Positions 12,401 to 25,243 of a DNA stretch of 64,000 nt are shown one piece after another. The stretch comes from Podarcis bocagei (taxonomy: Eukaryota). A program made the translations under genes and the position numbers. The DNA lies in NCBI GenBank assembly GCA_964188305.1, contig OZ076893.1. One strand, given 5' to 3'. The notes beneath the pieces are model-generated. The model was not told the origin of the DNA. It searched no databases and was given only the letters and a program-made list of their open reading frames with translations. Within the stretch, counting starts at the first letter, position 1, and each line of letters begins with the position of its first letter.

Positions 12401-14242
12401 ATGCAGAAAGTTCTGAGGCAGATCAGAGTATGAACACCTCACAAGTTCCTCCCTGTCCTTCCCTAATGGGAGAAGGAGAAAAAGCACAGTCTACCTATGG
12501 TAGGGGGAATATGGCGTCAAGTCATTGGCAAGATCTTAGGCTCTGCCTATCCTTATTTTATGGGTGGGACTTGAGAATGAATGACAACTGTATATGGGAG
12601 AAACAGTAGACTTTGCTTACCTTATGCATTTGTAGCACAAGGATGTCTATAGTACTCTGGGCTAGATAATGGCTGCTGTGTTCTGTATAACATAAAGACT
12701 TGCTTCCAGCAATGAAAACTCCTTGGCACAGATAAGGTCATTGTGATATTCTCTCATTTTCCTTCAACATATGCCTAATATTTATACTTCTGATATTTAG
12801 AAATATTAAAGCCAAACTGAAACTAATGGTAAGAAATAGCTTTCCCAACCTCACACTTTAAAATAGTTTAAATTTGGCAAGATGGCATATGCTTAAAGGT
12901 AAATGCAAGAGAGCATAGAAAGAATAGACAGACATTCCTTTTCCAATATTTCTTGAAAATGAAAGCAATGTCCCTCAACAGACATTGATTAAGTGAGGAA
13001 AAATGAACTTCCACCAAAATCATGAAATGCATTTGAATTGTGCCAAGTGTTTTGTTGTAAAATGATGAGATCCCCTTTCTTAGCAGCTCGTATACTTTAC
13101 CAGCAACACATGAAGTATTTCATTATCTCATATGCTATAGCTGGCACACATCAATTTTAGACAGAGAAAATGCATGCATGTTATTTGTTTATTTGATGGT
13201 TTGTTCTTCCGTGTGTTAAAGGTGACAAATAAATGGTAAGGTAATTACGTTATTTGGCATCAAGAACACCTGCTTAAGTGCATAATTCTCCAGAAGACTG
13301 TTACTAATTTATGTGTCTCACTGATATACTGTGAACATTGTTTGCACATATAACCAGGCTTAAGCAGGAGGAATCAAGAAGCAATTGTTGCCAGGCAGAT
13401 GGCTAACTTAAGTCACAGGCACTGTGGGAGGCAGTCTGCCTCTGAATATCAGTTGCTGAGAATCACAATGCTGTTGTACTTGATCCTTTCTTGAAGGCTC
13501 CTCAAAGGTATCTGGTTGGCCACTGTGAGAACAAAGTGCTAGACGAGATCTTGGGCACCACTTAAGATTAAGTCCAGGGTTGCCACCCAGAGATTCAGTC
13601 AGTAGTGCAGAGGAGTATAGGCTTTTCTGTAGTCACAGCTTCTTGATGCTACTTTTGGTTTGCAAATCAAACATCTGGGCTTTGTTCCATGCATTTGTAT
13701 GTAGTTTACCTCTTAGCTCACATTCCAGCTTCTAGACAATTCTTGGTTTGGCTGCATATAGCATCTTTCCTCAACCTAGTGCTCTCCAAATGTCTTAGAG
13801 ATAGCCAACAAGGTGCCTTCCTTTTGTTATTGGACTACAGCTCCCATCAGCCCCAGCCAGCATGAACAAAGATGGGAGTTGTAGTCCAAAACATCTCCTA
13901 GCCATCTCCACTGTATTACCCATTCAAGATTTAGAGAGGTTTCTGCTATAGTCCTTCTAATAAGCAGCCATATTTTGCAAGCTATTTGATGTGGTCCAAC
14001 TCTAAAAAGATTTCATGAGCACTATTTCCTTCAGGGTATTTGCTGGTATTTCCCCTGGAGTGTCAATATTGTAAATGAGGTAACAATTAAACTAAAACAA
14101 ATCCTATGAACTTAAGTATTTAATATATAGTGTGGAAATAGCTTATGGAAAAAATGTGTCAAAACTTTATACCACTAACTTTTTTTTCTGAGATAAGGGC
14201 TTAGGTCCCAGAGCTGCCAATTACTTATAAAAGCTGAGACAA

Positions 14243-15128
14243 GCATGTTTACTTGGATGTATGTCCCACTGTGTTCAATGGTGCTTACTTCTGGGCAGGC
14301 ATATATGAGACTGCCCTGTTAGACTCCTTCCTAGTCTTCCTGCAGTGATCTCCTGGAACGAACTGAAGACATACATGCATTTGCAGCTATAGTATTGAGA
14401 ACTCTGTGCTTTCATTTTGTTTAAAGCCTGTTGCTTTGCTTTCCTTTTAAGAAAATGTAAGGGATTTGGAGAGCAAAGAAAGAAACTTCTAGGTGACCTT
14501 TCTCATTTTAATGAAAGGCAGATTTTTTACTCTGGAGTTTTAATTCAATGGACCTGGACATTAATTTAACCTTTACAAGTTCTGTTTTAAAGTGCATTAA
14601 AAATTATCTAGATCATTGCTAAAATTGAAGTGCTGGAGTTCACTTATAGCCTTTGTAGTGCTTAATGTTTTAAAGCTGACCAGAAATTTCAGATCATGAG
14701 AATAACATATCATTAAAGTTCTCTATTGTGCCCCAGCACACTATGATTATATGGAAAGGACAGATTAATAGGGAGTTATAAGTGTGCTTACTCAGAGGTC
14801 CTGCTGAATTCAGTGGAACTTACCATTTAGTACGTGTGTTAAATTTGTTTTGTTTCTGAACTTACCTTCAGTTTCTATAAGGCAAAGAACTACAGTACTA
14901 GACCATAAATTTCAAATATTTAGTTTTGTCTCTGCAATTACAAATGGATATGAGTTTATTATTTTAGAGTGTGTGTCTTGTGTTCTCGGCAAATGGCAAT
15001 ACTTTTGATTCTTTGGAGGAAGTAATGACATTTAGGATGCACTCCTAAACACATTTGCTGGACTGTAAGTCTCATTAGAAACAATGGTGCTTAAAAGCTG
15101 GATAAATATGCATAGGCTTGTATTGCAC
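14243..15128. mobile_element. Three decayed copies of a short ~80-90-bp palindromic MITE
   Basis: Related hairpin-like sequences (GCATGTTTACT...GT(A)CCCA(C/T)TG...CAATGG.GCTTAC) at ~14243-14315, ~14780-14840 and ~15037-15128; another at ~45133-45222. Confidence 0.5.
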
Positions 15129-15569
15129 AAGTGGTAGCCAATATAAGTTTGTGGTATAATATGTCCCATTCCCTTCTTGCAGTGCTTGACACAATGGCCT
15201 GGTTTTCATGTCATGCTAAACCGTGGCATAGTGTTATATGTGGATCTAGTTCAGCAGCATAACTATGGTTAGAAATTACTCATTAATGAAGGTTTATATC
15301 TGATTTATAAACCGCAGTTAATTTTAACCATAGCTTAGTGATATGTGCAAACCCGGACCTCCTCAACTATGGATACGATAGGAGTAACCAGTACTCAAAG
15401 GCTTCAGATTTGTGAGTGAAAAGTGGCCAAACACATTCAAACTGCTGTCAAGGCTCAACTGCTCTTGCTGGTGTTTTTAACTCTTCTCTGCAGCAAAAAA
15501 ACAACAACCTATGGTTTAGGTGATTGTCTTGCAGATACCTCATCTTTAACTATGATTAACATTAATCTG

Positions 15570-15672
15570 TATTGTATGCTGTATTATTTTTAACAGTGCT
15601 GTATTGTTTTAAACACTTGATTGGAAGCCGCCCAGAGTGGCTGGGGAAACTCAGCCAGATGGGCGGGTATAA

Positions 15673-15726
<54 letters not shown>
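15570..15726 (+). mobile_element. L2-type LINE 3' end with (ATT)n tail
   Basis: TTGGAAGCCGCCCAGAGTGGCTGGGGAAACTCAGCCAGATGGGCGGGTATAAA followed by (ATT)n at 15673-15726. The same sequence occurs in reverse at 62180-62310. Confidence 0.75.
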
Positions 15727-15733
15727 TATTAAC

Positions 15734-16976
15734 TGTCATGGCTCCTACTCTCAGACACAGTAAACATATATCAAGATACGGGTTTTATAGTCATTAGTTC
15801 AGAATCAGGGCTTTAAGATGCATGCCTAAGCACAACACCCGAAACACTTCCTTTGCTCTCCTTTAAGTGAAGCAGGAGGGCACAGTCATTTGCGTGGTTC
15901 TTGTCCCAAGCAATGTGACTGGGCAAGCAAGGGAGTATTCGGGGCCTGACCCCACTGGTGCGTCCAATGCTGCATCCTTGGAAACAGAACCTAGGTCTGC
16001 TCAGCTGGCTCATTGTCTGATTCACACACTGCCTTGGTTGCCGGGGAAACCTTGCTGTCAGGAGGTGGGGTGATGGCTGGCTCACATGACTCTCCCTCCT
16101 CTGCTGGGATGGCTGGCAGCAGCTGGTTATGGATGTCTCCTAGTGCAGTGTTTCCCAACCTTTTTTGGGCAAAGGCACACTTGTTTCATGAAAAAAATCT
16201 TGAGGCACACCACCATTACAGCCCCGTGACGTCAGCGCGCAGCGTCACGCCGGGAGGGACACACGAAAGTGTAAGTTTCAATATTTCCCCTCCCCCTTGC
16301 CTTCCTTCTGTGCCAACCGCCAAAAAGCCAAGAATCACGGGACCGCCGGCGGAGGGGGGGAGGGCGAGCGGAGGCAGCGGCGAGCCCCGTTCCTCCCCAT
16401 CCGCCCCATTCCGTGCAAGGAGCGCGAACAGGTGTGAGAAGGAGGTCAAACCTGCGGGTCGGCGCCGGAGAACCTCCAAGCTTTGGGGGTGGGGGGGGAG
16501 GAGGCAGCAAAGCGAAGCAGGAAGGAGAGTGCGGCTTGGCTGGGTGAGCTTTGGCAGGGGCAGGGAATGAGAGCCGCGAGGCGGGCGCTGCGGACGGAGG
16601 CGCTGCCCGCCGAGCTCGCAGGCAGCCAGGCAGGCAGACGGCGAGAGCCCCGCGCTGGGCGGCCTCTCCTCGCTGCCGCCGCCCCGCCTCTCGCCGCCCG
16701 ACTCGCCCGCCTCCCTCCGGGGACGGCGCCCCAATCGAAAATTTGACTTTTTTTTAAAAAAAAATCTTTCGAATTTTTTAATTTTTCCCACGGCACACCA
16801 GGCAACATCTCGCGGCACACTAGTGTGCCGCGGAACAGTGGTTGAAAAACACTGTCCTAGTGGTCCACTCAAACTCTCTGCCAACAGTTTCACCAATCTC
16901 CTCCTATTCCTACTCTCCTTCTGACAGAGCCTGCCAGGACTGCCCTTCCCTACTTGTCACCATGGACCTCATGAAA
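15734..16976. mobile_element. Possible decayed solo-LTR-like element interrupted by the hAT at 16146-16854
   Basis: Begins TGTCATG and ends CTCATGAAA, like the 8539 element; GC-elevated; no TSD recovered. Confidence 0.3.
16146..16854. mobile_element. Young non-autonomous hAT element (709 bp) with CpG-island-like interior
   Basis: TIR CAGTGTTTCCCAACC / GGTTGAAAAACACTG; exact 8-bp TSD TCCTAGTG (16138-16145 and 16855-16862); subterminal GGCACAC repeats. Confidence 0.92.
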
Positions 16977-17168
16977 TCTGGTCATCGTTAAGAGTTATGT
17001 GTGAACTAGGCCATTACTTATCTTCTGTTCTGCACTTCCCTCTTTCAGCATTCTGGTTTTTTCCTGCCCCCTAAAGAGACTCTAAACAGTACACAATCCT
17101 AATATTTGTGCTGGCTTTCTGACCCTCTGATGTTGATGCAACAGCATGTTTGGAGTAGTGGTGATATA

Positions 17169-17536
17169 AAGGTAAAGGTAAAGGTACCCCTGCCCTTGCG
17201 GGCCAGTCGTATCCGACTCTAGGGTTGTGCGCCCATCTCACTTAAGAGGCCGGGGGCCAGCGCTGTCTGGAGACACTTCCGGGTCACGTGGCCAGCGTGA
17301 CGAAGCTGCTCTGGCGAGCCAGCACCTGCGCAGCACACGGAAACGCCGTTTACCTTCCTGCTATAAAGTGGCACCAATTTATCTACTTGTACTTAGGGGT
17401 GCTTTCGAACTGCTAGGTGGGCAGGAGCTGGGACCGAAAGACGGGAGCTCACCCCGCCGCGGGGATTCAAACCACCGACCATGCGATTGGCAAGCCCTAG
17501 GCACTGAGGCTTTACCCACAGCGCCACCCACGTCCC
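17169..17536 (-). mobile_element. Sauria SINE, full length
   Basis: The minus strand begins GGGACGTGGGTGGCGCTGTGGGTAAAGCC, has a B-box-like GGTTTGAATCCCC and ends in (ACCTTT)n. 12-bp TSD AGTGGTGATATA (17157-17168 and 17537-17548). Confidence 0.95.
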
Positions 17537-19398
17537 AGTGGTGATATACTGGTATAGCTATTAACAGGTCCTTAGTAAGTGTGCATTAGTAAATCAGATT
17601 TTATAGATTTTACTTTGCCTTATCCCTTTAGGCTCAGGGCAAATCATGACACTGAAAACAAGGCACATCACACATAGCACATGGAAACAGGTGGCCCAGT
17701 TTGGGTCACAGTAATGTGACCCAGTTTGAGTCTCCCAAGATGCCTTTCTTTTGATGTTCTGAACTCTGTCCTGTTATTCCTTTGGCAGCCTGTCTGTTTG
17801 CCAGGCGTTTGTCTAACGCAGCAATCCAGAAGTAGGAGGAATGTGCCTTACACTTTTCTGGAGACATACACCATACATTTAAGGGCACCACATAAATGAT
17901 TGGTCATAATAATAGTATTAAAGCAGCCATCCATATGGTTTTGATTTTGACCCTCAGTCTTGAGCTAATATTTTGCCAACAACTACCACAGAAGAACTTT
18001 GGTGGAATTTGTTGACTCATCAAGAAAAAAGAGAGACTATTGCAGTGTTGGCATTGGCACCTGGCGAGCCCATTGAAGATTATGAATATGTTTCTCACTG
18101 AAACATTGCAGGTATTATTAAAGCAATTTCCATGATAGCATTAAACCAACTTCCTATAGACTGGCTTCCTGTAGACTTTTTCTCCATTTCCTTTATACTA
18201 ACCAGCCTGTCTACTTGTAGACCTCCTGTGTACATCAAGAAGATGATATTTGCCAGATTGATAGACTCCTCACTGCAGAGTACCACCACAGATTTTTTCT
18301 TTCTCTCCCCCCCCTCAAACTTTGGAAAATGTCATATTTGACATTATTTTTGCTTTGGCTATGATTGTGTCCTCTCCTGCAACCTACCTGTCCACATTTT
18401 TGAATTTTAAAGGCCCTGATAGCAAGGCTTTTAAAGGGGTTAGGGGTTAGAAAAGTCCCAAATACATAAAGAGTAAGAAATGCTGTATTTCTGTTTTTTT
18501 TTTAAAATAAAAAAACAAATTGCCATTTATTTAATGGCATCACATAGTCTATGACCCTCAAGAACAAATTATGTATGAAAAATATTTATATACTGCCTTT
18601 CATTTGAGATCACAGGCAAAGTAAAAAAATACATTAATATTGCAATACAAAATAAAACAGCCATGAATAGGCAGTTTTGAAATAAAGAAATACGAACAGT
18701 GTATACAACTCAGCATTTCAGTTCATCTCTGCAGGGATAAGATGATGGGGTAAAGTGTGAATAATAGGCTCATTAGGCCTGCCAGGCTTGCCAAGTGTCT
18801 GTGTATCCTAAAAATACACAGCGCTCCTCAAGACCTATGGAGACAGATTTAGGATACAAACTGCAGGCCAGGCCCTGAGGGGAAATCAGCTGCAGGGCCC
18901 TTTCTGTGTGAGGGTTGCCCTGGTGAATGAGAGGCAATTTTGCATTAGCCACCACACAGTGCTGCACCACTGTGACTGAACAGCAAACAATAATAATCAA
19001 ATGCTGATAGGTGCAGTAAAACAAGATCAGTTGCCCTTTACAGCAATAATTAGTGCTCCTGAAGTACAACTTGAGTTTACTGATTTTTTTTTAGGCTTAA
19101 CTTGATCATTGCTCATTATAATAGACTCAGATCTGAAGACAGATGGTTGACTTTAAAAAACATTTTTTTCATACCGAACACTCACTAAGTAAATGAATAT
19201 GGTTATCTAGTAAACTCAGGTTTGCTTGTCATATTTTACCGATTTGTTTCTTTCTCATGCATTGATTTCAGCCTCATTTCCATCAAGACACTGAACATTC
19301 TACACCAAAGCAAAGTCTGAAGCAGTCTTCATTCTGACAAAAACTCAGTTTGGCTTGATGGGAGCTGCATGCTGCATGAGACTTTAGAGATCCTAACA

Positions 19399-19544
19399 CC
19401 GAGGTGGGGAACCTGTGGCCACCCAGGTGTTGCTGCACTACAGCTCCCATCCTCCCTTCCTCCTTGACCATTGGCCACACTGGCTGGGACTGATGGTAGT
19501 TGGGAGTCCAACAACATCTGGAGAACACACATTTTCCACCTCTG
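19399..19544. mobile_element. Decayed palindromic hAT MITE
   Basis: Same CTACAGCTCCCATC...GGGAGTCCAACAACATCTGG core as the 136-bp MITEs. Other decayed copies at ~13760-13900, 42170-42295, 47965-48101 and 55210-55347. Confidence 0.65.
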
Positions 19545-21636
19545 CCTTAGAAGCTGAACCTGTATTGCACTGATTCTCACTTACAGTTAATCTATCTGAT
19601 AATAATATTGCTTTGGTAAATTGCAGGCGCTCTTGACATGGGCGTTACTTGTCTCAAGTAAAACTATGCCATCTGTTCCAAGAGATGGAGAAAGAAACAG
19701 TAAGTTCAAACCAAACCATACCTTTCAGGGCAGATAAGGAACCTTCCTACACAGTATTTAAAGTATCTGGAATGGTATAGGTTCAGCGTGTATGTGAAAG
19801 AGGGGGCTCAGATTTTCAGTGCCAGCAAAATGTTTGTTTCAGCGTACCTGAAGATGTCATGTGCTGGGCTTGGTATCAAATTTCTTCACTAATGTAACAT
19901 AGCTGTGGGATGTGAAATGTGCACTGTATTCCCTCTTATGTGGATTAATCAACAGGAGGTTTGGTATGTGGTGTGAATGTACAGAGAATCCTGTACTCCA
20001 GAAGAGGTTGGGCAAGATGCTGTTAGGACCTGTCTGTCTGATTCTGTAGTCTTCAGTTTTGTGCCATCTCTCCTTCGTGCCTCTTCTGAAGGGTTATATG
20101 GTGCACAGTGTTGTATGTTAATTGGGGAAGACAGATTATTTTCATCTGTGGGAAGGTTTGCAGCCAAGCACCCTTTCAAAACGACATGGTGAGAAACTGT
20201 GGCATTGCAGAAATACTGCAGTACAAAAAGTGCTCTGCTTTTATTTATACATGGAAGAGATCTTTATCAGGATTCCAGTTGGAAGAAAACCACAATTTCA
20301 CTAGTTGAGGGAGGCCTTGCTTTTTTCTGCTCGTGCTCATGCTCTCGCTCCAGATTCTGTTCAAGAAACAATAATAGCAGCAATAAAGTAATAACTGAAA
20401 TGAAATAATCGCTGCTGTTGTTGCAGTACTGAAGAGCAGCAAGTGGAGTTTCAGAGTAAGAAACACCCTGTTCTTTGTTTAAACACCCTTTATGAACTAT
20501 GCTGATTGCGTGAACCAACAGGAAGGTAAAATCAGGGTTGGAGCTATCTAATTAATAAGCATGTCCTCTGTGTGGTCCATTTCTAATGCATGCATCAAGG
20601 AATGCCTCCAAGTTAAATCTATGGGATATACTCTCACTTTAGTGCATGTGGAAGCACAGTTTGCAGACTACATGCCTTGTAATTATTTGTAGGCAGTTAC
20701 ATACCCTACCAAGTACAGAGGCAGATATGTGGCTGCCTTTGTGGCTGTATATGATAACACAAGAAGGCGAACTATTAGGTACTATAAAATAGCACACACA
20801 TTCCAGCTAGCTACTAAGAGAAGCCTAACTTCACTTTGGTGCTAGAAAAATGCAACCTGTGCCATTAATAAAGATAGTGCGACTCGTACAGCATGTTGGC
20901 GACAAATATTCACACAGTTGTTCAAAAATAATTTTACACCATTTATCAAATATGTGAGAAAGAGACAATTACTTAGAGAGTGCCATGAAAACTTACAAAC
21001 TATCTAAAATAAAGTGAACTTGCAATATCAGATTTTACTAGGTTCTTACAAATTCTTGACTCAGTTTTTATTTTTTCTTGTTTTTTAAATAAGTTCAAGA
21101 AGATTCAAGAAAAGGGTAAGTTCAACATTGTTCCTGGTAGCTGTGAGGTGCTGATGAAGCAGCATATGAAGTAATAAAGAAGACAGGGTGCCAACGTTCT
21201 ATCCCCATTTTGCCCTAGCAGTCCATGCAGTTGAGAGACTGCTGTTTCGCCCCGGGGGGGGGGGGAATTTGTTGGGGTTGGCGGACAGCACACTCCCTGA
21301 GCACAGTTTTCTGGGCTTCTTCAGTTGTCTCGTGCCATTGATGCATCTACTAGTGCTAACTGATAATAATCCAAACGATATCAGAATCAACATAATACAC
21401 TTCTAGGTGTTCAATTACCGTAAATACAAAGTAAATATAAATTCTCCCACTATATACAAATAATCAATTATAATGCGAAAGTTCATAATTATGTACGTAC
21501 ATAACTTTGAATAGACAATTTCTTGGCTCAAGCATACAAGACTGAATAGCTTAGCAAGGTAGCCCTGTTTGGTTACAAATATATACACCCCCCCTCTCAT
21601 TATAGGTTTTTCAACAGGTGTTTTACATTAGTAGAG

Positions 21637-21921
21637 AGGTGAGGAGGTGGAGTAGAGGATGGACATGATACTATTAATACTATGATCAAATATGGAATTT
21701 AATATTCAGAAATATAGCAAACAGGACATCAAAAAATATTAAAACAAGAAGCACGATTAATATTTTTATTTAAAACATTACAGCCAGTAGGATTAAATTC
21801 TGAATTTGACCTTTCAGTTTTAATTACAGCAATGGGTATTGAAATGTGTATCTGGATGTGAAATGTATGAGATGTAAGTATTAATAGTATCATGTCCATC
21901 CTCTACTCCACCTCCTCACCT
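21637..21921. repeat. Perfect 45-bp inverted repeat with 195-bp spacer
   Basis: 21637-21681 (AGGTGAGGAGGTGGAGTAGAGGATGGACATGATACTATTAATACT) is the exact reverse complement of 21877-21921. Confidence 0.95.
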
Positions 21922-22211
21922 TCTTGCAGAGAAATATTTGAGGTCAGCTTGGGAGAGTCAAAATGACTTCAGGATTGCTCTCCTGTACTATTTCAGACAC
22001 GTGGTTTATATACTTATGTGTGCGTTTGCCTTGTACATTTATGAACGTTTATTTTATATTTGGGACCTTAGAATTCTTTAACAGGAGACTTTTGTGATAA
22101 GGAGAAAGATGGGGAAATGCTATGGAAGGTGTGGAGATAACACTTGCTTGATGCAGCATTGTATATCCTCCCTGCGAACAAATCCAAATCAATGCTCAAT
22201 AAACAGGTTGC

Positions 22212-22243
22212 CCGGAAGTGGCCAACACCACTAGGGGGCTGAA
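22212..22243 (+). promoter_or_regulatory. Candidate ETS plus CTCF binding sites
   Basis: CCGGAAGT (22212-22219) directly followed by CACCACTAGGGGGCTG, close to the CTCF core CCAC(C/T)AGGGGGCGC. Motif match only. Confidence 0.4.
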
Positions 22244-25028
22244 CTGTATGTCCGAGGTTATGACCCTATCCCTGCACAGCAGCATTTTCCATTTCATTCA
22301 CAGAGGCAGATAATGAAATTCAGTTCTGGAACATAACCATGCCAGTGAAATGTGAATTTATTGGGGGGAAATCTCCAGCTATTATTTTCTTAGCTCTCTC
22401 CCTCTGTGGGTTGCTCATGATCTTGGTGGGGGAGAGTACCATTTACTCTTAAAAAAAAAAAAACAGGCAGTAAGGCAATTTCCTAAACTGGCAGGTAATC
22501 CGATCTGTGAGAGAGGAGGGGGTATTGGAGTCAGAGCCCAAAGTCAATGGAATATAAGCAACTGACAAGGCTCAAGGGGCCAAGACTGGATTTCTTATTC
22601 AGTCCAAAATTTGGTTGTTTTATTTTTGTTGTTTAAAAAGGCATATCTCTCGCTTCTGCTCTTGTTGACTTGACTCAGCACTTTTCAGTCAGGGAAACTC
22701 ATATTGTGGTCAGTCCTTAGACAAACCAGGGGTTTACATCGCATGTTTAGGACTGTAATAACATTAGAAGTGAAGCATATTAATGGGCAAGATTCCCATG
22801 CAAATTGTTATAAACTGTTTTTAATATTGTGTTTTAATATTGTGACTTGCCCTGGGACCTTTGAATGAGTGAATGAATTAATGAATTATAATAATAGCAT
22901 TAATAATGACTATTTCTTGTTCTTGGGGTAGCTTTTCTGATATGAATGGGGGCTATTTCAGTGGCAGGATGAAGTGTTAAATAAAGTTTATTAATGTATG
23001 TTCCATAAGTGTTCAAAGACTGTGTTGCCAGCAATCTTTACAACCACCATGCAAGGTGGGCTGAGTCTCTTTACTTCACATTGCTACTGGGCTTTGAACT
23101 GGAGACTTTGGCTGCATTTGCTCTTTACCTTTAAAGTGCATTTAAAGATACCTCTCCAAGAATTCTGGGAACTGTAGTTTACCCCTCATGGTGTTTCAAT
23201 TCCCAGCATCCCTTAACAAACTACGCTTCCCAGGGAGGGAGAAAATGTGGTTTGAATGTGCTTGAAAGTTATAGTGTAGCATATGCTTTTGACTTGTAAG
23301 CTCTAGCAGCTCTCACAAAATATGAATAAGGACAGCAATCCATGCATGCTGAAAGACATAGAGAAGGAAACACACTGCACAGATTTTCTGTAGAATAGGC
23401 AAGCACAAAAAAATATCCCAGCATCTTCACAGATCATTAATCTTTCCATGTAACCACAAACAATGCACTGTGCAAACGCGAAGAATCATTTCCTACCATT
23501 GTTGCTTGGGGGGCTTAAGAGCAATTTAAATGTGATCGCTATTTATATACACCCCGTTCTCCGAAAGCCATTTGTTCTCTCTCTCTCTCTCTCCTGAAAT
23601 AAGAATATGAACAAAAGAGTTGTCTGTATCTCCAGTGAGAACCTCAAGTTTCCTCTGTTTTCTCTGCAGCTCTTTTTCTCTAAGAGTTAAATCTGCAGAA
23701 GGGAAAAGTAGGAGGGGGGAAAGCAAGCTAGACTTTATGTCTGTACTTGGTGGGATCTATTAAATTACTGCGGGATGTTTTTAATTATGCCACACATAAA
23801 TGGCTCCACACAACAGCATTTGGATCCAAATGTGAGCCTCATTGACGTGTGCTCTGCATTAGCTCTGCAATGCACTTGCCTGGCACTTGTCTGTGGTGGC
23901 CCCTTTGTGGCACCTTAGCAGCCTGGGATTTGTCCTTTTCCTTTTCAAGTTGGAGGATGGGAGCTCATGCTGGCAAAAGGGGAAAGGAAATGGGTAATAA
24001 AACAGAGAGCTAAGCGGCTCACTGGAGCCAGCAATACTGGGGATCTGGTTAATTGCTCAAAAATGAAAAAGATTCAGGATTTTTCATGAAATCCCATAGG
24101 TGCACTTGCCAAGCCTCAAATATTAGATTGAATTACAGTTTCTAATTCCTCCTCCTCCTCCCCCATTTTACCCACAGCCATGTGTCTTATTTCTTCCAAA
24201 GGCTCTTCCACATCACAGAACAGTCACTCGAAGGGGGCTAAGCTAAGCATTAGGCACTGTTTTTCTGCCTGCTACTTGCTTTACTCAGTCCGATTTCTTT
24301 ATTCCTAACATTTTGCCTTGTGTTGTCCGGTAAGGGTGGGGGGCAGCTCCTTCTCCTCCTGGACATGGATGGTTATTCATTCTCTTTTCTTATGCAGGAA
24401 CCTTGCCAGGGACCTTACACAGAGCTGATGCCTGACAGCTGATTGTAACATCCATGTTGAGGCCATAGGCTGTAGGGTAAAGAATAGTGTATCTGAATGC
24501 ATCACCATGAAAAAGAAAAATCCTGAATGTTACAACCCTCCCCAGAGTGGAACAGCTGTCGTATCTTCCTCAGCCAAGGAGCATGGTGGTCGGTGGGGAA
24601 CAACACACAACCAGAAAACATTGTTGCACACCACAACAATCTGAGAAGTGAGGGATTTCAGGGGTTCCATGTGCTTACCCAGGGTTGTTTCCTCAGAATG
24701 AGGGACAGTGGAGACTGAGGTGTCTTTATGATATATGGTTTATCCATCAGAGCCTACAATGGAAGTTCTCACAGCATTAACACCCCAAGAAGGTCTTGCT
24801 TCTCTCACAGCCACAGCCTTGGATTCCAGCAGAAATCAAGCATGGCTCTGGCTCTCTGGATTCTGCCTGCTTCTAGACAAGCAGCCAAGAGGAGGTGCAA
24901 CCACAGGCGCACACTAAGAGCAGCAGCCTTTCACCAGCTTTATCCTAGGAACACCTTATAAATAAATAAATAAATGCCTGCCTGTACATGAAAGGGTACA
25001 GCAGATGGCCTGGACCAAGTAGATCAAC

Positions 25029-25243
25029 AGCCAGTGTGGTGTTGGAGATAAAGTGTTGGAGCTGAGAGAACAGGGTTCGAGTCCCTACTCAGCTATGGAG
25101 CTTACTGGGTGACCTACCTAGGGGCACTCATAATCTCTCAGCCTAACCTATCTCACAGGATTGTTGTGAGGATAAAATGGGGAGGGGGAGAACTGTATAT
25201 GCTGCCTTGAGCTGCTTGGAGGAATATAATAAATATAATAAAT
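25029..25243 (+). mobile_element. tRNA-derived MIR/CORE-like squamate SINE with L2-like tail
   Basis: A-box-like GTGTGGTGT, B-box GGTTCGAGTCCC, core CTCTCAGCCTAACCTATCTCACAGGATTGTTGTGAGGATAAAATGG and a TAAA tail. Related copies at ~44070-44255, 49135-49350 and 60250-60420. Confidence 0.75.

Noticed and set aside
16013-16896. Overlapping long GC-rich ORFs and an apparent gene-promoter CpG island
   Set aside because: They lie largely inside a TSD-flanked hAT element; the ORFs reflect stop-codon scarcity in GC-rich DNA.
17706-18341. Tandem hydrophobic short ORFs suggesting a GPCR pseudogene
   Set aside because: No GPCR motifs (DRY, NPxxY) in the frames I read.
21400-21600. Possible mitochondrial control-region NUMT (palindrome TTATGTACGTACATAA at 21489-21504)
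   Set aside because: No conserved sequence blocks or flanking mitochondrial genes were recognisable.
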